NCBI RefSeq assembly: GCF_001194135.2 | Contig: NC_068988.1 | Location: 88,123,128 to 88,170,514, forward strand | DNA length: 47,387 nt | Origin: Octopus bimaculoides | Lineage: Eukaryota | Direction of reading: 5' to 3' | Shown here: positions 23,645 to 35,855 of the stretch, piece by piece | Numbering within the stretch: the first letter of the stretch is position 1 | Layout of the letters: the number at the start of each line of letters is the position of its first letter | Notes under the pieces: model-generated | What the model saw: the letters and a program-made list of their open reading frames with translations, nothing else | What the model was told of the DNA's origin: nothing | Database searches by the model: none | Program-made: the position numbers and the translations under genes

Positions 23645-25504
23645 TCTTAACGTCTGCTGGACAGCTATTTTAACTTGCTACTGCTACAGCTGAGGAGTAA
23701 TTTTCATTTCCCCGTCTCTAGTCATGATATCATGTCTGTTATCTCTACATTTCATTGAGGAGATGACAGGAACATTCCAACAGTATTCTTTCAAATCATG
23801 TGTCACTATGCTTTCCAAATTTCTGTAATAACTGATATTCTTCTATCCTTAAGATATCCTTTCTATTGATTCTGTTCTATGACGTTCTAGATCTGACATC
23901 ATGTCTCATAGGTCGATAATACTGCAATGACATTTTCCCACCATTTACTTATGATGTCGTTGACATATCTTGGGAGTTAACCTGCGCCACAAACTTTTTT
24001 TGTGACTATAAGTGAGTATGTATGTATGTATGTATGTATGTATGTATCTATGTATGTATTTATGTATGTATATATGTGTGTGTGCGTGTGTGTGTGTGTG
24101 TGTGTATGTGTGTGTGTGTGCGTGCGTGCGTGTTATGCCAGATGGTTTGTGAGCACTACTGGTAACATGTAATCCTGCACAGCCTGCAACCAAACTCGCA
24201 ACCCTGTTAAGCTTGCTTAAAGAGGACAAGGAATTGGATTAGCATGATGAATAGCAACATTTAGCAAAGGACAGATGAACTCACTAAAGTCAACGGTCAT
24301 CCAATATTGTGTATACAATTTTGATCCTGTTATTTCTCGTGGACAGTGGTAGTTCCTTCAGCGACTATCCACTGATTGGTCACTTTGATAAAGAAAACAC
24401 AATGGCAGCTCAGAAGATTGATACGTTTTGAAAAAAAAAATGGGCATTCACAACATCTGCTAACTGAATAATCAACAGAGAAGCACGGGAATCAGAAAGT
24501 AAGCATGATGTACCTCATTACTGCGAGTGAATGACTCCTAGTCTTTGTTAGGTTATAATTCTAGGAGATGGAAAACTGATGTTGAACTTGCGACTGGATG
24601 GCAGCCAATCATGTTGGTTAGACGTTATTTTTGGTGTAACTCTCTTCGTTGTTAGAAGAGAAAGATTGATTGTGTGCAAGGCCTCACCTTGCTTTAAAAT
24701 GGATCATGCAAAGGCATCGCTTTACGCACCGACATCGTCATATTATACTCAACAATGAGGAATTGGCCATCATGCATGAATGTATGTTTGTACGTATATA
24801 TGTATGTTGGTATGCATGCGTCTGTGTGCATACATGTGTGTATATATGCATGTATGTGTGTGTATATATGTATATATGTACGTAGTGCGTTTGCATGTTT
24901 GTGCATATGTACGCACCTACGTACGTGTGTATATATGCATTTATATGTGTATCTGTGTCTGTCTGTCAAGAATAGACAAATTAGGCAGGTCGATATACAA
25001 AGAATATTAAATACGTTAAATACATAAAAGGTATATATGTTTACATACAAAAAGATCCGATTTAGACAAAATAGAAATGATATCAAGAATTAAAGGGGCT
25101 GAAGAAGTGTATTACAAATCCAGCAGCTAATTCTGGGGGTTCAGTGGTCCAAAACAATGCTTGTAGATTGATTCCGTCGTCGGATAATACGAACCTCCGT
25201 CATCAAGAAGATATCTTACATTTGAGGTGTTGATAGAAAGGAGACTAATGATGCAAACACCCACACTCAACACACATGCGCATGCGCACACATTTGTATG
25301 TGTTTATGCATTGCGTCGCCATAGGCACCGAACACACTGATGGAGTCACAAGGGCGTTGTGACATTATCGTATCTTGGACATTTTTTTTTATTTAAGACA
25401 GCGAATCCCATCCCTTTCCAGGTTTTACACCAATCGACTTATTCCAAATGAAAGAAAGACAAACCGGAAGATTGGGAGAAAGAGAAAAATCTCCCCCATT
25501 CTTT

Positions 25505-25575
25505 AACTGGTACTTTATTTATCGACCTATAAAATATGAAAGTGAAATTTGGCCTCAGCGGGATTTGAACATAGA
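25505..25575 (-). mobile_element. SINE family A central fragment
   Basis: AACTGGTACTTTATTTATCGACC..ATGAAAG..GGCCTCAGCGGGATTTGAAC matches the reverse complement of the family A centre and B box. Confidence 0.6.
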
Positions 25576-26484
25576 TTACACGCATAATTACAAAAATAAT
25601 AAAAAACAAACAAAAAAACCCCGATGTTCTGAACACTCTAGTAACTGACTGCCTTGTTGCTATATATATCTATGTATCATAAATATTGTTAAATCTTGTG
25701 TATTGTGGTGATATTACTATAATCATGCATACATTAATGTATGTTGCACGAGATTTTACACCCACACAAAAACAAATATTAGGCATTAGCAGCAAAAAGA
25801 ATAAAAATGTAATTGCATAAACACTATAAGATGTTAGTTTTAAACAGAATTTGTTTCATTAGCTTCATCATGTATTACGCAAAACTATGAAAACATGATG
25901 ATTCAACTGTAAAACATTGTTTGGTTCTACAACAGTACTATTTAAACTGAGATAGAATCAATATAAAATTACGTTTAACCCTATATAGTTTGGAAATCTG
26001 ACATATAACTGTCGAAATATATTTGGGATTTAAAACATAGAATTTCTGTTTCATATAGAATTGAGAGTTCTCTCTAGTTTGCAATGATCCACAAGCAACA
26101 GTGGGGTACGTTAACTTTCCTTATATTTGTAAAATAAGTTACTCTAGAACACGAATGAAATATTTCATTCGCGCTCTGGAGTAATGTATTTTGCTTATGC
26201 GCTTATATCTGTGTAAATATATGTATGTATGTATTCTAGGAAATTATAATTAGTTTTCCTTTGTCATCATACATACATGCTTACATATACACACATACAC
26301 GCACACACACACACGAATAGAAATACATTTCCATACACATTCATATGTAAATATATACACATACACCCAAACATATATCGAGTGGAGTAAAACACTTCAC
26401 ACATTGGCAAAATACCGTTACTATTTTATATATACATATATGTATACATATACATACGCAGACATACTCCATATATACACTGTC

Positions 26485-26524
<40 letters not shown>

Positions 26525-27456
26525 NNNNNNNNNNNNNNNNNNNNNNNNNNNNNNNNNNNNNNNNNNNNNNNNNNNNNNNNNNNNNNNNNNNNNNNNNNNN
26601 NNNNNNNNNNNNNNNNNNNNNNNNNNNNNNNNNNNNNNNNNNNNNNNNNNNNNNNNNNNNNNNNNNNNNNNNNNNNNNNNNNNNNNNNNNNNNNNNNNNN
26701 NNNNNNNNNNNNNNNNNNNNNNNNNNNNNNNNNNNNNNNNNNNNNNNNNNNNNNNNNNNNNNNNNNNNNNNNNNNNNNNNNNNNNNNNNNNNNNNNNNNN
26801 NNNNNNNNNNNNNNNNNNNNNNNNNNNNNNNNNNNNNNNNNNNNNNNNNNNNNNNNNNNNNNNNNNNNNNNNNNNNNNNNNNNNNNNNNNNNNNNNNNNN
26901 NNNNNNNNNNNNNNNNNNNNNNNNNNNNNNNNNNNNNNNNNNNNNNNNNNNNNNNNNNNNNNNNNNNNNNNNNNNNNNNNNNNNNNNNNNNNNNNNNNNN
27001 NNNNNNNNNNNNNNNNNNNNNNNNNNNNNNNNNNNNNNNNNNNNNNNNNNNNNNNNNNNNNNNNNNNNNNNNNNNNNNNNNNNNNNNNNNNNNNNNNNNN
27101 NNNNNNNNNNNNNNNNNNNNNNNNNNNNNNNNNNNNNNNNNNNNNNNNNNNNNNNNNNNNNNNNNNNNNNNNNNNNNNNNNNNNNNNNNNNNNNNNNNNN
27201 NNNNNNNNNNNNNNNNNNNNNNNNNNNNNNNNNNNNNNNNNNNNNNNNNNNNNNNNNNNNNNNNNNNNNNNNNNNNNNNNNNNNNNNNNNNNNNNNNNNN
27301 NNNNNNNNNNNNNNNNNNNNNNNNNNNNNNNNNNNNNNNNNNNNNNNNNNNNNNNNNNNNNNNNNNNNNNNNNNNNNNNNNNNNNNNNNNNNNNNNNNNN
27401 NNNNNNNNNNNNNNNNNNNNNNNNNNNNNNNNNNNNNNNNNNNNNNNNNNNNNNNN

Positions 27457-27505
<49 letters not shown>

Positions 27506-27789
27506 TATTGTAATATGCACAACATCACTCAGGATAGTCCAATTCTAATGGTGTTATGTTATTTTCGATCTTGCTCTCTTTATGTCTTTCGGTTTATTTT
27601 GAGGCCTAAATGTTCCAATCTGAATTATGCGACTGAACTATAAATCTCTCTTAGTTTGTTGACGTGCTTTTTTTTTACCGCTTCCAAAGCCTCGTTCAAT
27701 TGTGAGAAAAAGCGAGACTGCTGTTCTTTTGGTACAGGAAGTCATAGAAAGACATCAGGCTTGAATGGTGCTTTTGTTGGAGTTGAAGG

Positions 27790-28192
27790 TCAAGCAAATA
27801 TATTAAGTGTGCGTGTGTGTGTGTATGCATGTATGTGTCTATCTATGTGTGTGTACATATATGTATACGTATACATATATATATACATATATGCATCTAT
27901 ATATATATGTATAGTTGTATGTACGTAAATATGTATACACATGTATATATGTATATGTATACACACACACACATATATATATATTTATATATATATACTC
28001 GAAGACACATGCACACATGCTCAAATATATATATGCGTATGTGTGGGAATATATGTATGTACGCATATTTATGCTTATATGCTTATATGTCTATATCTGC
28101 GCGTGTATGTGTCTGTAACTTGTATCTGTATATGTACGTGCATATACACATACATATAAGAACAAACATGTACGCACACGCATATATGACAC

Positions 28193-28233
<41 letters not shown>

Positions 28234-28413
28234 ATATGGACAGAAGGAGATGGGGAGAGAGAGAGAGTGAGATAGAAAGAAAGAGAGAGAGAGAGAGAGA
28301 GAGAGTAGATGGAGGAAAAGAGGGTAACAGACAGAAAGGAAATAAAATATAGAAAGGCAGAGAATTGAAAGGGGGAAGAGGAAAATCATTGTGGTGGAGA
28401 AAGAGAAAGAGAA

Positions 28414-28484
<71 letters not shown>

Positions 28485-28520
28485 NNNNNNNNNNNNNNNN
28501 NNNNNNNNNNNNNNNNNNNN

Positions 28521-28570
<50 letters not shown>
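27790..28570. repeat. (AT/AC/GT)n field followed by (GA)n
   Basis: Directly visible; the (GA)n tract spans an N-gap. Confidence 0.9.
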
Positions 28571-28571
<1 letters not shown>

Positions 28572-29076
28572 GAGAAACATGTTAGGGAGAATAATAAAAA
28601 GAGAAAGAAATATGGAAATGTGTATGAAAACGAAGAACCACCCCCACCTCTTCATTGCCAGATCCGCCAACCCCGGCCCTTAAAATCGATATAATCGTAT
28701 TTATTGAAAAAATTGACCTTTGGTAACCTTTCATTACCTCAGCTGACCTTTGTTCGTTTGAGTTCTTTGAAGTGGTTCAGACCAATAGAAAAGTGATTAT
28801 ACAAAGTGTTGTTTGTGTAGTTGTTGTAGCGGTGGTGTTAATAGTGATTGAGACGATGGTGAGGCTGATGGTGAGGCTGATGGCGATGGTTGGGTATTAT
28901 TTAAGTTCGCCATTTTGCTTTCTGACCTAGCATGCTTACACTAACGCGCAAGCACGTACATACGCCTTTATATATATAGTCCCATACATAGACATAAATA
29001 CACACATTTATATAAATGTGCACATATTTGTCCACATACATAAAAATGTATGCATATATATAATATGGATTTATAA

Positions 29077-29140
<64 letters not shown>

Positions 29141-29929
29141 ATACCCTTACATACATGCACATACACATATATGTGTATCTATATGTACAAGTACACATAC
29201 TTATACATACATACACATGTACACAGGCAGACATATATATCCATACATACATGAACAACCAGACACATGCATACACACCCATACATATACACGAAAATAC
29301 ACGCACATTTATACATATTCATACATGCATGTATTCACTCACACACATATACACCCACCCAACCTCAGGCACACATAAATACATACATATATTTACACAC
29401 ACACACACACACACANNNNNNNNNNATATATATATATGCACACACATACACACACGCTCACACGTATATATGTACGTATGTATATACACTCTCACACAAA
29501 TTAATACTCATTGTTCGCATAATCTCTGGAACTCTGAACTCAAACTGAGAAGCCATGTCTCTGTATTTGCGTGAAGCTTGAATTTAGTGACGAAGTTGAA
29601 TAAATTCCAAGAAAAACATGCATACAAAAGTGAAAAAAAAAAAAAAGATAAATAAATAAATAAATAAATAAATCCATCTCCAGTTTCTACGATCAGTATT
29701 GCAGTTATTCGAAACACGGAACTATCTAGTTACCTACTAAAACTCAATGTGGTAAGAAAAATGTAGAAGAAACAATACATCTATGGACCATTAAGGAAGA
29801 GTGTACCCACACCAGTACCCAAAATATACATTTGGTTATTACAACTTGAACAGATTTTGACTATTTCTTTGGCCCAGGTCTTGTCTGACTTAATAAGCAA
29901 CACTTTGGGAAGTCTTTTAAGTCGTTTTT

Positions 29930-31430
29930 GGACAACATAGCTCATTCGTGTTGGAAGCTGTTGCTTACTGGAATATAACGATCTGTCGGTGGCTTGTCTG
30001 ATATTACTTGGAGGAATTTGTCCCGTTACTGTTTGAATTTTATACGGTCTTTTCCTTCTTTAATTTCATTCGAAATAATGTTGAATAAATTATGACCAGC
30101 TGAAATAAAAAAAAAAGAAGATATTTCGCAATGTTGTTTCATGATGTACACTCCATTTTTGCTGCGGGGTGTTTGATTCTGGGCCAACTCCCGGGTGTCA
30201 TGTTAATTTGATACCGATATTGCTTGGACAATATTGATGGCATATTTTCCACATTTTAGAAATGATGTAGCCCACATGGTGGCGTTGGAGTAAATAAGGT
30301 TTGATATTTTTGAGGGGATCCCAATAGTCAAGAGCCGGTATGCCGTTTATTTAGTTATTTTTTGTGATCGATCCCTGGGGGTATTTTCAATTCTCATAAT
30401 GTCTTCTTTGCGATTAGAGGGCACTCATAGGCAGTAATATTCTAGGTGAGAAGAGAAAAAATGGTGGTCGCGGGATCTTTAGCCAGGATTGTCCTAAGGA
30501 TCTATTATCACACTCTACGAGACATATTGTACACATTTACACCTAAAACTCTGATATTTGACACAAGATCTTCTGAAGGAGAAAAAAATCTCCTTATGGC
30601 TGATTGAGCATATTTTCTTTTCCAAAATGGATGAGTATGGTTTTGCTTGCTCATCAAATCTCAGTGACAAGATCGGTTTAGAGATTTCTTCGGTCACATA
30701 GTCTCTTGATGACTTCCTTTTAGCTCAGAGTCATCTGTAAGGACTTGATGACAATTGCAAGTAATTTATGTAAATAATAAACAGAAGTGGGATTAACACA
30801 CTACTCTGAAGGATACCACTAATTAATTTTGCTGGTTTTGAGCAAATTCCTTTGATTACATGTTGAATTTGGCTTCTGTTTGTCAAAAGACATTTAATTC
30901 GCTGCAGAAGCTTTCCACAAATGCCGGTGCTGGATAATATCATCAACAGAATTCTGTGGTGAAAAGGCGGCGAGCTGGCAGAATCGTTAGCACGCCGGGC
31001 GAATTGGTTAGCGGTTTTTCGTCTGTCTTTACGTTCTGAGTTCAAATACCACCGAGGTCGACTTTGCCTTTCATCCTTTCGGGGGTCGATAAATTAAGTA
31101 CCAGTTACGCACTGGGGTCGATGTAATCGATTTAATCCGTTTGTCTGTCCTTGTTTGCCCCCTCTATGTTTAGCCTCTTATGGGCAATAAAGAAATAAGA
31201 ATTCTGTGGTGAACTCTGTCGAATGCTTTGCTAAAGTCGAGAAAAATTACATCTATGCTGGACCTTCTCCCAGAGCAATTAGGAGGCTGTCAAAGTATTG
31301 TCGAATCTGTGTTAAGCAATCTCTGCCACCAGTAAAACCATGCCGGTCTGGATGAAGATGATTTTTGTCTAGCTACGAGTTATTTGTTTTCCTTAACACG
31401 CCCAGGTGAGTGAGATTGGACAGTAAGTCT
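29930..31430 (-). mobile_element. Decayed CR1/L2-type LINE reverse transcriptase and C-terminal region
   Basis: Minus-strand translation gives TYCPISLT (31405-31428), HGFTGGRDCLTQ, DVIFLDFSKAFDRVHHRILL (continuous once the SINE and one TSD are removed), GICGKLLQRIKCLLTNRSQ, SGILQSSVLIPLLFIIYIN, LTDDSEL (decayed FADD motif, 30730-30738), LDYWDPLK..LYLLQR and NLFNIISNEIK..FK..RDKFLQVISDKP. Confidence 0.85.
30964..31197 (+). mobile_element. Full-length young SINE family A (alternative tail) with perfect 16-bp TSD
   Basis: TSD AGAATTCTGTGGTGAA at 30948-30963 and 31198-31213. Intact A and B boxes. Tail is TTTGTCTGTCC..GGGCAATAAAGAAATA. Confidence 0.95.
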
Positions 31431-31685
31431 CTGCGAACGACGTATCTCCCATTGTGTGTATGTGTGTATGTGCGTACAGTGTATTGCCGAAATAACCTAC
31501 AACTTCACTCTTGAAAGAAACAAACTGTTAAGCTATGTTGACTGAGTAATGTGTTAGTTAACAGTGGCATTTTGTTTCTATCTTTTAATACTTGCCAGTT
31601 AACACTTTGGGTCTGTCTGCCAGACTGTCTGTTGCGTATTTGTCTACCTCCCACCTACCACTCCACTTACATCTGTGTATCTATC

Positions 31686-31908
31686 TACGGTGGGTGGGGG
31701 GCTGAAATGTTCATGGCTTTGGGTAAAAGAAAATACAGGAGGGTCAGTTAATTATGAATTTAGTCAACGCATTCCCCTCTCAGATTCACACACTTATTGC
31801 AGCGATCCTTCAGTTTTCTTAAGCCCCATAAAAGAACTCGGAAAGTTGGGCTTCCAGGCAGGTCTTTCGCAATACCGTTAAGGCCAGGAACTTTTCAGCA
31901 CCTCTTCA

Positions 31909-31910
<2 letters not shown>
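31686..31910. mobile_element. Mariner-derived MITE, copy 1
   Basis: Degenerate TIRs (TACG..GCTGAAATGTTCATGGCTTT / GCCAGGAACTTTTCAGCACCTCTTCATA) with TA ends. The interior matches 38432-38649. Confidence 0.75.
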
Positions 31911-31967
<57 letters not shown>

Positions 31968-32952
31968 TTAGATAAAAACATAGGGTAAAAAATCATATAT
32001 TAATTAATATTGATTTATTACCAGGAAGCTAGCACATTTAAAGAATCAGAGATTCAGAAACAATATCTGCGATCTCAGCGGATTAAAGTATATTTTTATA
32101 TATAATGTTGACCACTCACATGGACATTTAATCAAGTTCTCAAACTGGATATATGCGACACAGTAAATATTTTGAATTTTTTTGAATTTTACCATTAAGC
32201 TGTAATTAGCAGAACCACATACACGTTCACATATGACTGTGGGCAGCTTTGTATGAGGTTCTGAAAATTATGGTTACATTACGGATCAGGCTGAAGAGAA
32301 ACAGACATTCGGTAAGAATGGTAATTTCGAAGCTAGTTCCTGTTTGATAATGCTTTTTTTCGGTAATTTTAAATGTCTTTCCCGCTTACGCTTTGGTATT
32401 CCGCTGAATTTCGTTTGGAGAACAATTTAGGTCTTAGTAGACACAAGATGTGATCTATTTCTAGCACATTAAATGTCCATGTGAGTGGTCAACATTATAT
32501 ATATATATTTAGATAGGTAGCTAGCTAGAGAGGAAAACAATTCAAGACAATCACAAAAGTAATAACAACAACAAGAAGAAAAACAGCGATGACAACATAA
32601 CCCCCGATTCATCCCTCGGTGCCAAACATTCGACCGACCTACTTCAACAACCGCCAAAACCACCAGCCACGATCACCAGCTTCAAGACCTAGTTGGCTTC
32701 AAGATCAACAACAACAACAACAACAGCAGCACCAGCAAATTTACGACTGTCCTGCACATATTTATCTAGTGTTCCCCATCAATCACCTGGCTGACTGATA
32801 TCGTGTATCAAAGTAACAGACCTTAGAGTATGGTGGGCAGTGGTGGCTCGCTATGTCTTTAATTTGATAGGCATTGGTAAGTTCTCCGATATTTTTGTCG
32901 CAGTCATTAATTATAATGGTTAACGCAGAGGTTATATATATATATATATATA

Positions 32953-33048
32953 GTTAAATTCATTTGCCAACATCATGTGGCAATCCTATACAAGGACGAT
33001 GTTACTGTCTTTTAGTCTCATGAAAACCTCTTTTCCAGTTGGCTACTG

Positions 33049-33091
<43 letters not shown>

Positions 33092-33571
33092 GTGTGTGTG
33101 CATGTAGCTGCGGCTAAAAAACAGTAACATCGTCCTTGTATAGGACTGCCACATTATGCTGGCAGTGGAGGCGCAATGGCCCAGTGGTTAGGGTAGCGGA
33201 CTCGCGGTCATAGGATCGCGGTTTCGATTCCCAGACCGGGCGTTGTGAGTGTTTATTGAGCGAAAACACCTAAAGCTCCACGAGAGTCCGGCAGGGGATG
33301 GTGGCGAACCCTGCTGTACTCTTTCACCACAACTTTCTCTCACTCTTACTTCCTGTTTTTGTTGTACCTGTATTTCAAAGAGTCAGCCTTGTCACACTGT
33401 GTCACGCTGAATATCCCCGAGAACTACGTTAAGGGTACACGTGTCTGTGGAGTGCTCAGCCACTTGCACGTTAATTTCACAAGCAGGCTGTTCCGTTGAT
33501 CCGATCAACTGGAACCCTCGACGTCGTAAGCGACGGAGTGCCAACACATTATACTGGCAAATAAAATTTAC
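32953..33571. mobile_element. MITE-like foldback element with ~63-bp inverted repeats and an internal (GT)n; right arm split by a SINE
   Basis: Reverse complement of 32953-33015 matches 33114-33164 (4 mismatches in 51 nt) and continues at 33560-33571 after the inserted SINE. Confidence 0.75.
33165..33545 (+). mobile_element. Full-length SINE family C (tRNA head, RTE-like tail) with 14-bp TSD
   Basis: A box TGGCCCAGTGG, B-box-like GGTTTCGATTCCC. TSD is ACATTATGCTGGCA (33151-33164) / ACATTATACTGGCA (33546-33559). Confidence 0.92.
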
Positions 33572-34402
33572 TTAGAGTAAACCTATAAATTCAAGAACTG
33601 AACTTTTCGGATCATGTCCATATCTGGCTAAATATTTGTTACGTTTTTGGTCCCCACCCCACGCGAAATTACAGACAGGACTTGCTTTCTATATTTTGTC
33701 CACGTACAAGCTTTTTATCTCTCTATACTTTTTACTTATATTTCTTATAAATTTTTTATATATTCTTTTACATATTTATAGAGATATCGTTTCATAGGTT
33801 TATTGCTCATATATTTTTTACACATTTTTTCTATATTCTACCTTCCACCCTGCATTTTCCTGTGCATATATAGACGTGTATATTGAACTTGTTGTGCGCG
33901 CTTGTAGATGTGTGCGTGTGTGCGGTTATGTGCGTATATAGACGTGTGTGCGTGCGTGCATGCGAGTATGTGCGTATATAGACGTGCTTTACTCTTATTG
34001 TTTTTCTACACTTTTTTTACACATTTTTTTGTATTTTGCCTTTAGCCCTGTTTTTTCTTGTGCATGAGTGTATATAGATGTGTGTATGAACCTTTTTTTG
34101 TTCGCGTGTATGTTGTCATGTATATATTTTTTGGCGAATGTGTGGGTGAGCATGTGTTTGTTTCGAGTGAGGGTGGATGAGTATATACATATAGGCGCAT
34201 GTACGTGGGTGTGCGGGCGCACATGTGTATGTATGGACTTGTGCGCTTACCCGAATACTATGGACATTTTTACTGCCTTACTTTTACACCCACCCCTCAC
34301 TTAGCGGTCATTCTAATAGCTCCTTTGTCTTATCACACAGTCAATCATCACACTAATTTCCCATTGTTTAGCGGTCATTTCCATAGCATTTTTTTTTCGA
34401 TG

Positions 34403-34472
34403 GCCAGATAACTGAAGAGATGGCGGCGTGGGTTTCCGCCCTGACATCCGAAACTCAGAGTTTTATCATGGC
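34403..34472 (+). ncRNA. Candidate type I hammerhead ribozyme with canonical core
   Basis: GCCA-GAUAA / CUGAAGA / GAUG..GCGG-loop-CCGC..CAUC-C / GAA / ACUC-A-GAGU / U / UUAUC-A-UGGC. Stems I, II and III and both core segments are in correct register. Confidence 0.7.
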
Positions 34473-34601
34473 TACCGAATAATTGTCACAGATTATTTAC
34501 ACACACACACAAACACACACACACACNNNNNNNNNNNNNNNNNNNNNNNNNNNNNNNNNNNNNNNNNNNNNNNNNNNNNNNNNNNNNNNNNNNNNNNNNN
34601 N

Positions 34602-34648
<47 letters not shown>

Positions 34649-34902
34649 CATTACATATACATAAATTATATATATATGTCTGCCTGTCTACTGTCTGTCT
34701 ATCTATCTATCTATCTATCTATCTATCAATACATAATGGACCAAAAGCCACGCACCAGTAAGTTTGATACACTCAGAATTGTCGAGGCCATGCTTCAATT
34801 TTGCTAAAATTGAATAAGATCAGCAAAATTAATAATGAACACTCCCGCACTTGTATATGATGAACAAAATGGACAATGATAATAATAATAATAATCATAA
34901 TG

Positions 34903-35109
34903 CTTTCAAATTTTGGCACAGAGTCAGCAATTCCGGTCAGGGTGGAAGTAAATCGACCCTAAGGTACAACTGGCACTCATTTTATCGACCCCGAGAGGAT
35001 GAAAGGCAAAGTCGACCTCGGCGGAATTTGAACTCAGAACATTAAGACAGACCAAATGCCGCTAAACATTTTGTCCGGCGTGCTAACTATTCTGCCAACT
35101 TGCCGCCTT
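34903..35109 (-). mobile_element. Full-length SINE family A
   Basis: Reverse complement has AAGGCGGCAAGTTGGCAGAATAG..GAGTTCAAATTCCGCCGAGGTCGACTTTGCCTTTCATCC..GTGCCAAAATTTGAAAG followed by (ATT)n. Confidence 0.9.
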
Positions 35110-35110
35110 G

Positions 35111-35789
35111 AACAGACACCACCTCCACTGCTTGAAAATGATCACATCTCACTCCTCTGGAACTTCACCATTCAAACTGACAGAAAGATAGAGGCGATAT
35201 ATTTTCTTGGAAGACTTCACAGAAAAATTATGCCTCCACGTTGATATGACTGTCCCAATCGATATAAACGTATCTGTCAAGACCTACCAAAAACTGAGCA
35301 TGTATAAAGATCTTGAAATAGAAATTAGCAAAATGTGGAACCTGCAGACTAAAACAGTACCTGTTGTCATAGGTGCCCCAGGGCAAAATGGGCTGGTTGC
35401 TACTTAGCTCAGATATCAGGAAACCCTAAAATNNNNNNNNNNTGGAACCTGCAGACTAAAACAGTACCTGTTGTCATAGGTGCCCCAGGGCAAAATGGGC
35501 TGGTTGCTACTTAGCTCAGATATCAGGAAACCCTAAAATGGCAGAAATTCAAAAGATAGTGTTCATGGGAACTGCCCATATCCTACGTAAAATACTGCCT
35601 ATGTAATCTCAAATTTTAAAACAAACTCATAATTTTTTATGTGTTCTTAAACATTCTCTAGAACAATACTTTGTACAAAACCAAATATATGACACCCTAG
35701 GCATAACACCAACTTCTAACTTGTCTCTTGAGGTCTCTGGGTGAGACTTGGAGCCAATTGTACAAATGCAAAGCAAAAGCCAAACACAA

Positions 35790-35790
<1 letters not shown>
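35111..35790 (+). mobile_element. R4/Dong-type LINE 3' end (restriction-like endonuclease and 3' UTR), copy 1
   Basis: LENDHISLLWNFTIQTDRKI..LCLHVDMTVPIDINVSVKTYQKLSMYKDLEIEISKMWNLQTKTVPVVIGAPG..IQKIVFMGTAHILRKIL*, then UTR ending in (AAT)n at 35790-35852. Confidence 0.88.

Positions 35791-35852
<62 letters not shown>

Positions 35853-35855
<3 letters not shown>

Noticed and set aside
25337-25370. CTGATGGA followed by the 7-bp hairpin GTCACAA/TTGTGAC
   Set aside because: It has an extra G in the core, no GAAA after the stem and no stem I, so it is not a hammerhead on present evidence.
33165-33245. tRNA-like heads (also 16750-16822, 23425-23510, 30964-31050)
   Set aside because: They have A and B boxes but no complete cloverleaf and continue into SINE bodies with TSDs, so they are not tRNA genes.
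33597-33629. Possible inverted partial copy of the 34403 hammerhead (GCCAGATA and ATCCGAAA on the minus strand)
   Set aside because: Only two 8-mers match and the core is missing; chance cannot be excluded without an alignment to family copies.
35336-35539. Exact 97-bp direct repeat (35336-35432 and 35443-35539) inside Dong copy 1
   Set aside because: The two copies are identical and flank a 10-N placeholder gap, which indicates an unmerged contig overlap.
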